Shown here: in pieces, positions 19,483 through 27,076 of the stretch
Layout of the letters: every line of letters begins with the position of its first letter
Numbering within the stretch: position 1 is the stretch's first letter
IMG/VR virus record: IMGVR_UViG_3300020472_000028
Span: 1-57,590 of that record
Source of the DNA: a virus
Lineage: Duplodnaviria > Caudoviricetes
Strand: one strand, 5' to 3'
Length of the DNA stretch: 57,590 nt
The notes under the pieces: generated by a model
Database searches by the model: none
What the model was told of the DNA's origin: nothing
Seen by the model: the letters and a program-made list of their open reading frames with translations, nothing else
Program-made: the position numbers and the translations under genes

Positions 19483-19676
19483 CACAAGAAGCAGACGAAG
19501 CAGCACGTGCACTCCGTAAATTACAGGAGTTAACTAATAAATATTCAAACCTAGAAATGGGTGCAGATGAACTCAAACAGTCAATATCTGAGAGGATAAA
19601 TGCAACTGAAGAGTTAAAAGATATCCTTGCTAAAGCAACACAAGCAAAGAAAGATCGTGAGTCTAAGTTACAATGA
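19479..19676 (+). CDS. Hypothetical coiled-coil protein
   Basis: ATGA coupling at both ends. Confidence 0.6.
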   Translation: MTQEADEAARALRKLQELTNKYSNLEMGADELKQSISERINATEELKDILAKATQAKKDRESKLQ

Positions 19677-20320
19677 TGAAAGTAGGTGAGTATAAAGTTA
19701 TTGATGACTATTTCCCTGACTGGATGATACAAAATGTAAGAGATTACATGTGTATGATGCCAGTTAGGTGGGATAATGTATCATTAACTGAACCAACTTG
19801 GGACACCAGTGAGTCAAGATTCATGGGTAATATGATACTCATTGAAGACAATTGGCAACTACGAGATGTCCAAATTCATTGGTTTTTATTATACTTAATA
19901 GATGCAATTAAGCATGATATATGTAAAGAATTAAATATATCTAACGTTGTTAGATGTTTACATAATGGACAATTTCCTTTGGAAAGTATGAACGGAGGCA
20001 ATCATCGTGATTCTGATGTTAACAATGACAAGGAAAGTTATCTAAGTGTGATATACATGGGATATGGTAATTCTGGAGATTGTGTTATAGTAGATGAGGA
20101 CAATCATGAGCACAGAGTATCATTTAAGGAAGGACGGTTAGTATTATTTAATTCTAATACTATGCACCGAGGTGAAGCACCAGAGACAGGATATCGTTGC
20201 AGTTGGGGTTTAGTTTTCCCTACATTTGATCCAACTGGTATTAAATTAGAGGACGCTATGTTTGATCCTAATGCGATAGATAATACATGGTATAAGAAAG
20301 AACAACCCATTAATCATTAG
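19673..20320 (+). CDS. Putative Fe(II)/2OG oxygenase (HxD...H)
   Basis: NHRD, FKEGRLVLFNSNTMHRGEAP, R.SWG. Confidence 0.75.
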   Translation: MMKVGEYKVIDDYFPDWMIQNVRDYMCMMPVRWDNVSLTEPTWDTSESRFMGNMILIEDNWQLRDVQIHWFLLYLIDAIKHDICKELNISNVVRCLHNGQFPLESMNGGNHRDSDVNNDKESYLSVIYMGYGNSGDCVIVDEDNHEHRVSFKEGRLVLFNSNTMHRGEAPETGYRCSWGLVFPTFDPTGIKLEDAMFDPNAIDNTWYKKEQPINH

Positions 20321-20326
20321 AATAAA

Positions 20327-20965
20327 ATGACAGAAACTAAACACCCATTAAGTGATACATTAGAGGATAAAATAACCAATGAAACATATGGTTTATTTCC
20401 AACTCCTATCAGTAAGTTCTCACTTAGTAACCACACAGTTCTTAAGACTCAAATCCTAAATTGGATGGGTGATGAAGATATATTGAAGAAATCAGGTCGT
20501 GAAAGTATAACTCACAACGTGGTACAAATTGGTGAAACTAATAAACTATTAACAGATTTACCTGATGTTGCTGATGCTTTCAAGAATGCAATTAGTCAGC
20601 ATAATGATAACTCAATGCACTATACTACTGATCTAAAAGTTAATGAGTCATATTTAGAGTTATCAAATAAGGATGCAATTTATGCACCTCATGAAGTTAG
20701 TAACTGTTTGTATCATAGTATATACTTAGTTAACTACAATCCTGAAGCACATAGTTATATTAAATGGAGGAAGAATGTAGGGTCTAATCATTACCCAATC
20801 ATGCAAATCAATTCTAAACAATTAACACAGTATAATATGACTGAAGCAACATTTAAAATGGCAGAAGGAGATATTATTACTTTCCCATCTAATTTGACCT
20901 TTGGTTATGATAGTAACCCTAGCAATGAGTTAATCACACTTAGTGCTAATATTGTCCCTGCATAG
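20327..20965 (+). CDS. TIGR02466-like protein with degenerate metal-binding site
   Basis: LFPTPI and EGDIITFPSNL are retained, but the metal ligands are altered (HEV; FPSNLTF; LITLSAN). Confidence 0.65.
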   Translation: MTETKHPLSDTLEDKITNETYGLFPTPISKFSLSNHTVLKTQILNWMGDEDILKKSGRESITHNVVQIGETNKLLTDLPDVADAFKNAISQHNDNSMHYTTDLKVNESYLELSNKDAIYAPHEVSNCLYHSIYLVNYNPEAHSYIKWRKNVGSNHYPIMQINSKQLTQYNMTEATFKMAEGDIITFPSNLTFGYDSNPSNELITLSANIVPA

Positions 20966-20970
20966 TTAAC

Positions 20971-21150
20971 ATGAATTACGAAGAAGATCACCCCGATCAT
21001 GTTAATGATTTATGGGAAGATATGGACAGACTAAATGCACTTTATGAAGAGTTATTATGGCATCATAAAGATAAATTAGAGTTTATCCCTGATTATGAAC
21101 GAAACGTCATTATTATTAGAAATGTGAGTATGAATGGATCTCAATCTTAA
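20971..21150 (+). CDS. Small hypothetical protein, 59 aa (not in track)
   Basis: MNYEEDHPDHVNDLWEDMDRLNALYEELLWHHKDKLEFIPDY...; fills the gap between neighbours. Confidence 0.6.
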   Translation: MNYEEDHPDHVNDLWEDMDRLNALYEELLWHHKDKLEFIPDYERNVIIIRNVSMNGSQS

Positions 21151-21544
21151 GCAATTAAAATATTTAAGAGGTGTATTATCCATCGCTAGGATGTATAAAC
21201 CGTATGAGGACAGGCAAGACGCTAATTTATGCCCTAAAGGTAGTCTGTACAACGATGATATGGAGGATTTGTTTATACAAATAGAAGCAGAGATACAAAG
21301 ACGGTTTCCAAACTGTCCACCTTGGTCACCATTTGGGTCATTTTCGACTATAATTAAAGAGTCAAACAAACTCAACGCAAAAATGGCACAAAACCAACTC
21401 ACCCAAGACGACTGGAACTTGATTCAAACAGTCTTCGCAAGTGCAGCAGCATTGGACATTGACACAAGACTTGATGATGATGGCGATTTCACTGTTGAAC
21501 AATTCTCAAATGTGTGGGACAAAGTTATCAATCAAGGAGTTTAA
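21134..21544 (+). CDS. Hypothetical protein; probable internal in-frame start at 21383
   Basis: ORF spans an early-promoter element; ATG 21383 lies just downstream of that element's -10 box. Confidence 0.5.
   Translation: MDLNLKQLKYLRGVLSIARMYKPYEDRQDANLCPKGSLYNDDMEDLFIQIEAEIQRRFPNCPPWSPFGSFSTIIKESNKLNAKMAQNQLTQDDWNLIQTVFASAAALDIDTRLDDDGDFTVEQFSNVWDKVINQGV
21300..21354 (+). promoter_or_regulatory. Early-promoter element, copy 2
   Basis: GACGGTTT-CC-AAACTGTC-CAC palindrome; TATAAT at 21349-21354 (28 nt spacer). Confidence 0.7.
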
Positions 21545-21547
21545 TCC

Positions 21548-21700
21548 ATGTTTACAATCAACGGCAAGGATTACACTCACAATGAGTTAAATAAGATGTG
21601 GGATTTCTTCACTGAAGATCAATGGGATTCTATCCTAAGTGACATTAAAGATCCCCAAATCATTGAAACAATTCAACAATTATGGAGGTCTAGTTATTAA
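21548..21700 (+). CDS. Small hypothetical protein, 50 aa (not in track)
   Basis: MFTINGKDYTHNELNKMWDFFTEDQWDSIL...; GGAG upstream; TAATG coupling to the next ORF. Confidence 0.6.
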   Translation: MFTINGKDYTHNELNKMWDFFTEDQWDSILSDIKDPQIIETIQQLWRSSY

Positions 21701-21846
21701 TGTCAACTCTACATCATGAATCAATTCTTGAAACAATCTATGATGAATTGATGGATGAATTAACACTAACTGAAACACTTCCAATGTATTCAGAAAAGGA
21801 AATTACATCCATTGTTTATCAACGATTTGAGGATTTATGTCAGTAA
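21700..21846 (+). CDS. Small acidic hypothetical protein, 48 aa (not in track)
   Basis: MSTLHHESILETIYDEL...RFEDLCQ; GGAGG upstream. Confidence 0.65.
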   Translation: MSTLHHESILETIYDELMDELTLTETLPMYSEKEITSIVYQRFEDLCQ

Positions 21847-21860
21847 GTAACACTCACAAC

Positions 21861-22004
21861 ATGAATCTATTCATCAATAGATCAATCAATCCAAAGGGAT
21901 ATTATTATCTACCTAGTGATAATATCCCTCATTTTTATGTACATAAGTATGCTACATATAGTGATATGATTGATAGTTTAGCATCCTACATTAATGGTTA
22001 TTAA
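21861..22004 (+). CDS. Small hypothetical protein, 47 aa (not in track)
   Basis: MNLFINRSINPKGYYYLPSDNIPHFYVHKY...; fills the gap. Confidence 0.45.
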   Translation: MNLFINRSINPKGYYYLPSDNIPHFYVHKYATYSDMIDSLASYINGY

Positions 22005-22006
22005 TT

Positions 22007-22204
22007 ATGACTTTAAGCACACAAGTTGAAGAGAGTTTAATAGAAGCACAACAAGATTTACGCAATGCGTTATCATTTAGTGCAAGGACTGAAGCACCTT
22101 ATGTATCAAAACATATAGCAGATATGTTGCATAATATTGATAATTTAATACACGTAACTGATCTACTATCTGAACTTGAAGATGGCATTACAAATAACAA
22201 ATAG
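22007..22204 (+). CDS. Hypothetical protein
   Basis: MTLSTQVEESLIEAQQDLRNALSFSARTE, a helical early-region ORF. Confidence 0.65.
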   Translation: MTLSTQVEESLIEAQQDLRNALSFSARTEAPYVSKHIADMLHNIDNLIHVTDLLSELEDGITNNK

Positions 22205-22580
22205 TCAAAGAGATAACGATGAACTCAAATACTATGAGGACATCTATCACACTGATGATAGTATTACTATAGATGGTAAACAATTACCATCATTTACTAT
22301 AGTTGAGAATACTTATTATAGTGATGAAACTGATGATGAATACAGGGTTAATGCACGTATTGCATGTCAATTAGGCAATGCAGAAGGCATGAAACAGTTT
22401 ATATCAGTAACTGATAAAGTGTTAAACCCGATGATATTTAATGGCAATACTTTATGGACTTATGAAAGAATAGCAGCATTTCCTACTGTTGCTAGTTGTA
22501 AAGAATACATAGAGAATTATATAAATGAAGATGTAACAAAACAGATCTTTAGTAAGCAACATGAATTAATGGACAGTTGA
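22182..22580 (+). CDS. Hypothetical protein
   Basis: ORF in the early cluster; ATG 22182. Confidence 0.55.
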   Translation: MALQITNSQRDNDELKYYEDIYHTDDSITIDGKQLPSFTIVENTYYSDETDDEYRVNARIACQLGNAEGMKQFISVTDKVLNPMIFNGNTLWTYERIAAFPTVASCKEYIENYINEDVTKQIFSKQHELMDS

Positions 22581-22647
22581 CAAAGTGGACTTTTTTGTTG
22601 CATATTGTAACGATTTAGTCAAAAATGACCATTTGTCAAGTTATAAT
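22570..22647 (+). promoter_or_regulatory. Early-promoter element, copy 3 (longer spacing)
   Basis: TGGACAGTTGACAAAGTGGAC; TATAAT at 22642-22647. Confidence 0.55.
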
Positions 22648-22653
22648 GAGTAT

Positions 22654-22742
22654 GCGAAACACAAAACAGGCATCCAATGGGTTAGGTGAGAGTCCTAACA
22701 TTAACTAGATGTCATTGAATCTAAGACCTGTTTTTGTTTCGC
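22654..22742 (+). ncRNA. Candidate structured RNA / 5' leader (89 nt)
   Basis: 16-bp closing stem GCGAAACA(C)AAAACAGG / CCTGTTTTTGTTTCGC, inner GGCATC/GATGTC and apical GTTAGG-TGAGAGT-CCTAAC; begins 7 nt after TATAAT. Confidence 0.6.
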
Positions 22743-22765
22743 TCACCCCTTACAACTGGTCATTT

Positions 22766-23092
22766 ATGCCAACTGCAACACCTCGCAAGTCAACCTCTAC
22801 AACACCACGTAAGAGACGGACACGCAAGGCAACTGCCCCTAAAGCAGTCAAGACAGTACCAACCATCAAAGAGGTAAAGCAAATGACAGTTGAAACACCA
22901 GTGAGACCAACCCCACTCCTCAAATTTGAAGACTATCAAAAAGACTTCAATATTAGACTTGAGATCCACAATTATGAGATCAAAGAGTTAATTAAGGACA
23001 TAAAGTGGGTTTACGAGCAATCAAAACCACTCGTAAAGCAAGGTTATGACTACGTTGTTTCATCTTACAATCGAGCATTTGTCTCTGAGTGA
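22766..23092 (+). CDS. Hypothetical protein with basic TPRK-rich N-terminus
   Basis: MPTATPRKSTSTTPRKRRTRKATAPKAVK; ATG 22766 lies downstream of the RNA stem. Confidence 0.65.
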   Translation: MPTATPRKSTSTTPRKRRTRKATAPKAVKTVPTIKEVKQMTVETPVRPTPLLKFEDYQKDFNIRLEIHNYEIKELIKDIKWVYEQSKPLVKQGYDYVVSSYNRAFVSE

Positions 23093-23146
23093 CACTCTAC
23101 AAACTGTCCACAAAGCACCCTAAATGGGTGCTTTTTCATGTACAAT
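23089..23146 (+). promoter_or_regulatory. Early-promoter element, copy 4, with a second palindrome
   Basis: GTGACACTCTACAAACTGTCCAC; AAAGCACCC-TAAAT-GGGTGCTTT (also terminator-like); TACAAT at 23141-23146. Confidence 0.75.
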
Positions 23147-23172
23147 GATAATGTAGTTACAAATTTCACCAT

Positions 23173-24405
23173 TTGATTACTTTAAGACCTCATCAATCAT
23201 CTGCATTAAATGTTATGCAGTCTGAGAATGTTGGGCAAATAATAGTACCTACTGGTGGTGGCAAAACTATGATTATGATCAAAGATTGCATTGACAATCT
23301 TGATAACAATGTCACAGTAATTGTAGCACCTCGTATACTATTAGCACAACAATTATGTGATGATTTTATACATCAATTAGGTGATAAAATATCACCTCAA
23401 CTCAATGTATTTCATGCACATAGTGGAAGGACTAAGCACCTTAGTTCTACCAAACCAGAAGAGATTAAGCACTGGATTGATAACACTCCAGGTGATAAAT
23501 TACTCTTCACAACTTATCATTCTCTATCAAGAGTTGTAGACAGTAATATAACAATTGATACAATATATTATGACGAGGCACACAATGGCACTGCAAGAAC
23601 TTTCTTCAAAAGTGTTAGTGCATGTAGTCAAATTGCATCACGTTGTTATTACTTTACTGCTACACCTAAAATATCATATAAGCATGATAGAGGCATGAAT
23701 AATGTATCAATTTGGGGTAGAATCTTAATTGATGTTGATGCACGTGATCTCATTAAATGTGGATCAATTATACCACCAACTGTGCAATCATTCCCAATTG
23801 ATACACATTTTACAAAAGAAAATGCTTACGTGCATCATAGTATTACTGTTGAATCTTTCATCAAAAGTATTAACAACTATGATGGTGCGAAGGTGTTAGT
23901 TAGTGTCCCATCTTCACGCATACTTAATAACATGCTAGGACACACAACATTACTCAAAACTCTTGAAGATCAGGGTTTTGATGTATTACATATTACCTCA
24001 AAGTTTGGTGCTTATGTTAACAAAACTAAGGTCAATCGCACGACGTTCTTTAACACTCTCAAAGAGTGGGGATGTCAAACAGACCGCAAATTTGTCATCT
24101 TTCATTATAGTATTTTATCAGAAGGTATCAACGTTAGTGGACTATCTCATACGTTATTGCTGCGAAATCTTAACATCGTGGAGATGGCGCAGACTATCGG
24201 TAGAGTTATCAGGTTACATAAAGAAGATGCCCAAAGTATTAATCAAGGCACTATTCCTGCTGGGGTTCTTAGTTTGTATCGCAAATCCTCTGGTAATTGT
24301 GTTATTCCTACTCACAAGAATTACGGCACTAAAACTATTAATAGGATACAAAGAGTCGTAAACGATATATTTACAGAAGGACACCACACCACCGCATACT
24401 GCTAG
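23173..24405 (+). CDS. SF2 DExH helicase (ResIII-like)
   Basis: LRPHQ Q-motif, PTGGGKT Walker A, DEAH, TATP, ILSEGIN, QTIGRVIR. Confidence 0.9.
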   Translation: MITLRPHQSSALNVMQSENVGQIIVPTGGGKTMIMIKDCIDNLDNNVTVIVAPRILLAQQLCDDFIHQLGDKISPQLNVFHAHSGRTKHLSSTKPEEIKHWIDNTPGDKLLFTTYHSLSRVVDSNITIDTIYYDEAHNGTARTFFKSVSACSQIASRCYYFTATPKISYKHDRGMNNVSIWGRILIDVDARDLIKCGSIIPPTVQSFPIDTHFTKENAYVHHSITVESFIKSINNYDGAKVLVSVPSSRILNNMLGHTTLLKTLEDQGFDVLHITSKFGAYVNKTKVNRTTFFNTLKEWGCQTDRKFVIFHYSILSEGINVSGLSHTLLLRNLNIVEMAQTIGRVIRLHKEDAQSINQGTIPAGVLSLYRKSSGNCVIPTHKNYGTKTINRIQRVVNDIFTEGHHTTAYC

Positions 24406-24461
24406 TGACAGTCCGCAAAGTGTCCACTTTTTGCGGACAACGTGCGGAGATGCCCTATAAT
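24405..24461 (+). promoter_or_regulatory. Early-promoter element, copy 5
   Basis: GTGACAGTCCGCAAAGTGTCCAC; overlapping GTCCGCAAA/TTTGCGGAC inverted repeat; TATAAT at 24456-24461 (28 nt spacer). Confidence 0.75.
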
Positions 24462-24514
24462 AGATGTATCGGAGGGAAAACCACCGATTTCAACCCTTAC
24501 AAGGACTTCACAAC

Positions 24515-24829
24515 ATGCGTAAAATCGAAGCACAAATGAATTCAGCGATCAGAAATGAAGTTAATTTCTCGAAAGCGAATACATCAGTGACTTGGAATGA
24601 CCGCACCGCTAGTGTCTACCTACACGGCAACCTAATTGCTAGAGTTTCAGACACTTTCGTGCAGATCTTAGACGGTGGATGGCAGTCAGTCACTACAAAA
24701 TCCCGTCTAAATGCTTTACTTAGTGAGGTTACATGTGATGGGGGAGTATTTCAAAAGGACTTCACTTGGTACTACAATAGTTCTAAAGTTGGTACAGTCC
24801 CATTCTTCTCAGGCATGGAAGCAATTTAA
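24515..24829 (+). CDS. Conserved phage hypothetical protein
   Basis: MRKIEAQMNSAI...VYLHGNLIA...DGGWQSVTTKSRLNALL...VFQKDFTWY. Confidence 0.7.
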   Translation: MRKIEAQMNSAIRNEVNFSKANTSVTWNDRTASVYLHGNLIARVSDTFVQILDGGWQSVTTKSRLNALLSEVTCDGGVFQKDFTWYYNSSKVGTVPFFSGMEAI

Positions 24830-24890
24830 CTGCTAAATGTCACATAGTCCGAAATGACTCTAAACTAAATGTTGTTTACTCTTCCTAATC

Positions 24891-24995
24891 ATGTCTCAGT
24901 CAGTATCATTTAACTTTCTTGTTGAATCACTCTCACGTGCACAAACTGGAAACGAATTGATCGCACTAATTGACAACTACCTAGCACAACGCTAG
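24891..24995 (+). CDS. Small hypothetical protein, 34 aa (not in track)
   Basis: MSQSVSFNFLVESLSRAQTGNELIALIDNYLAQR, followed by a terminator. Confidence 0.55.
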   Translation: MSQSVSFNFLVESLSRAQTGNELIALIDNYLAQR

Positions 24996-25006
24996 TTCAC
25001 ACTTAT

Positions 25007-25028
25007 GGGGCACATGTTGCCCCTTTTT
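25007..25028 (+). terminator. Intrinsic terminator
   Basis: GGGGCA-CATGT-TGCCCC followed by TTTTT. Confidence 0.65.
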
Positions 25029-25037
25029 CTTTACATT

Positions 25038-25265
25038 ATGACCATGCTAGAATCTCTCACTGATTTACTCTTTGACTGGTGTAAATCCAACGAATTAGAA
25101 TACCTTAGTGCTGATGATTTACTGGTCACTCAGTATGATGAATTAACACAATCTCAACGTGATTGGTTAACACATTACATCGCAATTTGGGATCTAGTTG
25201 AAACAAATAGTAGGAATATTGTTACCAATAAACTAGAAACATTCATTCCAGGATTTCATGACTAA
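25038..25265 (+). CDS. Hypothetical protein
   Basis: W C..N.L.Y.SADDLL...Q..WL..Y...WD pattern; early cluster. Confidence 0.6.
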   Translation: MTMLESLTDLLFDWCKSNELEYLSADDLLVTQYDELTQSQRDWLTHYIAIWDLVETNSRNIVTNKLETFIPGFHD

Positions 25266-25473
25266 ATCATCACTACCAAAGAAATTAGCATTGCTACTTG
25301 ATGCTTATGATGAGGGAGTTTTGCCCGAAGATTTACAAGTAGAGATGGCACAGTTCTTGATAGATTGTGACCTACACAATGAGTTGACTCAGTATCAACA
25401 ATTATGTGATTATTTCATTGCCGAAGGGTTATGTTATGAGGTAGCATTTAGTGAGGTAGATGATAATGAATAG
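25258..25473 (+). CDS. Hypothetical acidic protein
   Basis: Overlap-coupled ORF. Confidence 0.6.
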   Translation: MTKSSLPKKLALLLDAYDEGVLPEDLQVEMAQFLIDCDLHNELTQYQQLCDYFIAEGLCYEVAFSEVDDNE

Positions 25474-25630
25474 GGTTAATCGTTACACTAGAGCAGGTAA
25501 GAATGGTAAACAAATTGTATGCCCTGAATGTAAATCAAAGCACACAGTTTATCATTTCTCGTTCTATGCCCTTGGTTGCCAATCGTGCCACTATATAATA
25601 CCTAAGTATGAATGGGGAGTTGTTACTTAA
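25466..25630 (+). CDS. Small Zn-ribbon protein, 54 aa (not in track)
   Basis: MNRVNRYTRAGKNGKQIVCPECKSKHTVYHFSFYALGCQSCHYIIPKYEWGVVT contains two CxxC motifs. Confidence 0.7.
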   Translation: MNRVNRYTRAGKNGKQIVCPECKSKHTVYHFSFYALGCQSCHYIIPKYEWGVVT

Positions 25631-25965
25631 TGGAAGTAATTATCACTCCTGATTTAGAACCACTTTATGTTAATCACTCTAAGGAAACTAACACAATGAC
25701 TAAGTTAAATCCTCGCCCAGTGTATCAAGGAACAGCAAATCCTAATGCCACTAATAGTGAATTAGATGCAAAGGTTGTTATCAATCATAACAACAAATAC
25801 CCTAGACTAAATGATACTGAATGGGGCATAATCTTTGAGCAAATTGATAACAAATACACTGTAATCATTGACAAATTGTTATCATACAAGGCAGAAGATG
25901 AGATTGTCAATAGACTTTGTGACACTAATTTAAGTGCCTACGATCACATCCCAAGTCGCTATTAA
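25630..25965 (+). CDS. Hypothetical protein
   Basis: TAATG-coupled start; contains ANPNATNSELDAK; start uncertain. Confidence 0.5.
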   Translation: MEVIITPDLEPLYVNHSKETNTMTKLNPRPVYQGTANPNATNSELDAKVVINHNNKYPRLNDTEWGIIFEQIDNKYTVIIDKLLSYKAEDEIVNRLCDTNLSAYDHIPSRY

Positions 25966-25976
25966 TACCCTATAAT
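25919..25976 (+). promoter_or_regulatory. Early-promoter element, copy 6
   Basis: GTGACACTAATTTAAGTGCCTAC; TATAAT at 25971-25976 (29 nt spacer). Confidence 0.65.
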
Positions 25977-26004
25977 ACTAATAACAACTAACCCCAATCT
26001 TCAA

Positions 26005-26250
26005 ATGTTTAAATCTAACTTCTTTGGTCGAATCTTCTGGATAGATGATAACAATGATTTCAAATCATGCCCCTTATGTGTTGATGAAACAGGTGATTTT
26101 GATCAAGAAGATTATGTAACAGACTGGGAAGATTGGGAGGGAGTAAGTGTTAAAGAATTGCTAAACATTCATCATGCGTGTATAATTAACAAGATCAATC
26201 ATGCCAACTCATTATCACTCAACGACTTCGCATTTACCCATGCTAATTAA
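26005..26250 (+). CDS. Hypothetical protein
   Basis: First ORF after promoter copy 6. Confidence 0.6.
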   Translation: MFKSNFFGRIFWIDDNNDFKSCPLCVDETGDFDQEDYVTDWEDWEGVSVKELLNIHHACIINKINHANSLSLNDFAFTHAN

Positions 26251-26386
26251 CACAAACCCCAACACAGTCTCCCTCAATAGTACAACTTTGCTCAAAATCT
26301 ATCAATCAGTTACTAACAACAAACCAAAACAGCAAAGTGTATACAATCCCCCAAGATCACGCAAGATAAGTATACTTAACGATTAA
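26240..26386 (+). CDS. Small hypothetical protein
   Basis: MLINTNPNTVSL...; overlaps the upstream stop. Confidence 0.4.
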   Translation: MLINTNPNTVSLNSTTLLKIYQSVTNNKPKQQSVYNPPRSRKISILND

Positions 26387-26418
26387 ACACTAACTAACAA
26401 CAACTGTTTCCCTCTAAA

Positions 26419-26778
26419 ATGACACAACCTAGACAAGATTTGATCTCTGCTGTTAAAGAACATCACGTAAGGAAAGATTTTGCTTATGACGCAAAAGTGA
26501 TCGAGAAAAATGTAAACAAACTACGTGATTATCTCATCAATGATTATCAACGAAGAGATTACAAAACTGATTTCAATGTAACAATTAGTAAGGGAAGAAA
26601 GTATTATAAAGTAATAACGGACAATAGCGTACATTGCTTTGTAGATAAACTTTTAGGTCACGTATATAAACCAGCAAGTTATAATCAACCTGCTAAACAT
26701 GTAAGATTTAACTTATTAACTGATCCACAAGATTGTTTTAATAAATGTGATTGGGCAGGAGGATACTTATACCTCTAA
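26419..26778 (+). CDS. Conserved T4-like phage hypothetical protein
   Basis: GRKYYKV...SVHCFVDK..G.VYKPAS...PAKHVRFNL...DWAGGYLYL. Confidence 0.75.
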   Translation: MTQPRQDLISAVKEHHVRKDFAYDAKVIEKNVNKLRDYLINDYQRRDYKTDFNVTISKGRKYYKVITDNSVHCFVDKLLGHVYKPASYNQPAKHVRFNLLTDPQDCFNKCDWAGGYLYL

Positions 26779-26961
26779 TTAACAACAAGTACCACAACGA
26801 TTACATCTACTAAGTAACAACAATGAATCCACAGATTACAATGAGTTTTCCACAGTTAGCGGAGAGATTGTGGATAAGTAGTGTATATTTTAAATGGTTA
26901 ATTAAATATAGAAATGTGTTATTGAAACCCCCATAAATAGCGTTGCAAAGTGTTGTCTTAG

Positions 26962-26990
26962 AGCGTAACATAGCGAGATTTTTTTGTCAA
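26962..26990 (-). promoter_or_regulatory. Sigma70-type promoter on the minus strand
   Basis: TTGACA-17 nt-TACGCT with an extended -10 TG. Confidence 0.6.
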
Positions 26991-27026
26991 CAACTGCTAA
27001 GAATTGCCACAATCTCGTTATAACCC

Positions 27027-27055
27027 TTGACATCACAATCGTTATGGACTATTAT
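27027..27055 (+). promoter_or_regulatory. Sigma70-type promoter
   Basis: TTGACA-17 nt-TATTAT upstream of ATG 27077. Confidence 0.7.
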
Positions 27056-27076
27056 AACATTGTAAGCAAATTACCA

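Noticed and set aside
22681-22699. tRNA or cobalamin riboswitch, suggested by the GGTGAGAGTCC T-loop-like hairpin
   Set aside because: No cloverleaf, anticodon arm or CCA, and no AGGGAA/B12-box context; kept only as part of an unknown structured RNA.
24845-24870. Small AGTC-CGAAAT-GACT hairpin followed by CTAAACT, reminiscent of compact pseudoknot leaders
   Set aside because: Only 4 bp, no convincing second pairing, and a single occurrence.
17468-25976. CRISPR-like array from the repeated 23-bp palindrome
   Set aside because: Copies are degenerate, hundreds to thousands of bases apart and tied to -10 boxes; no cas genes.
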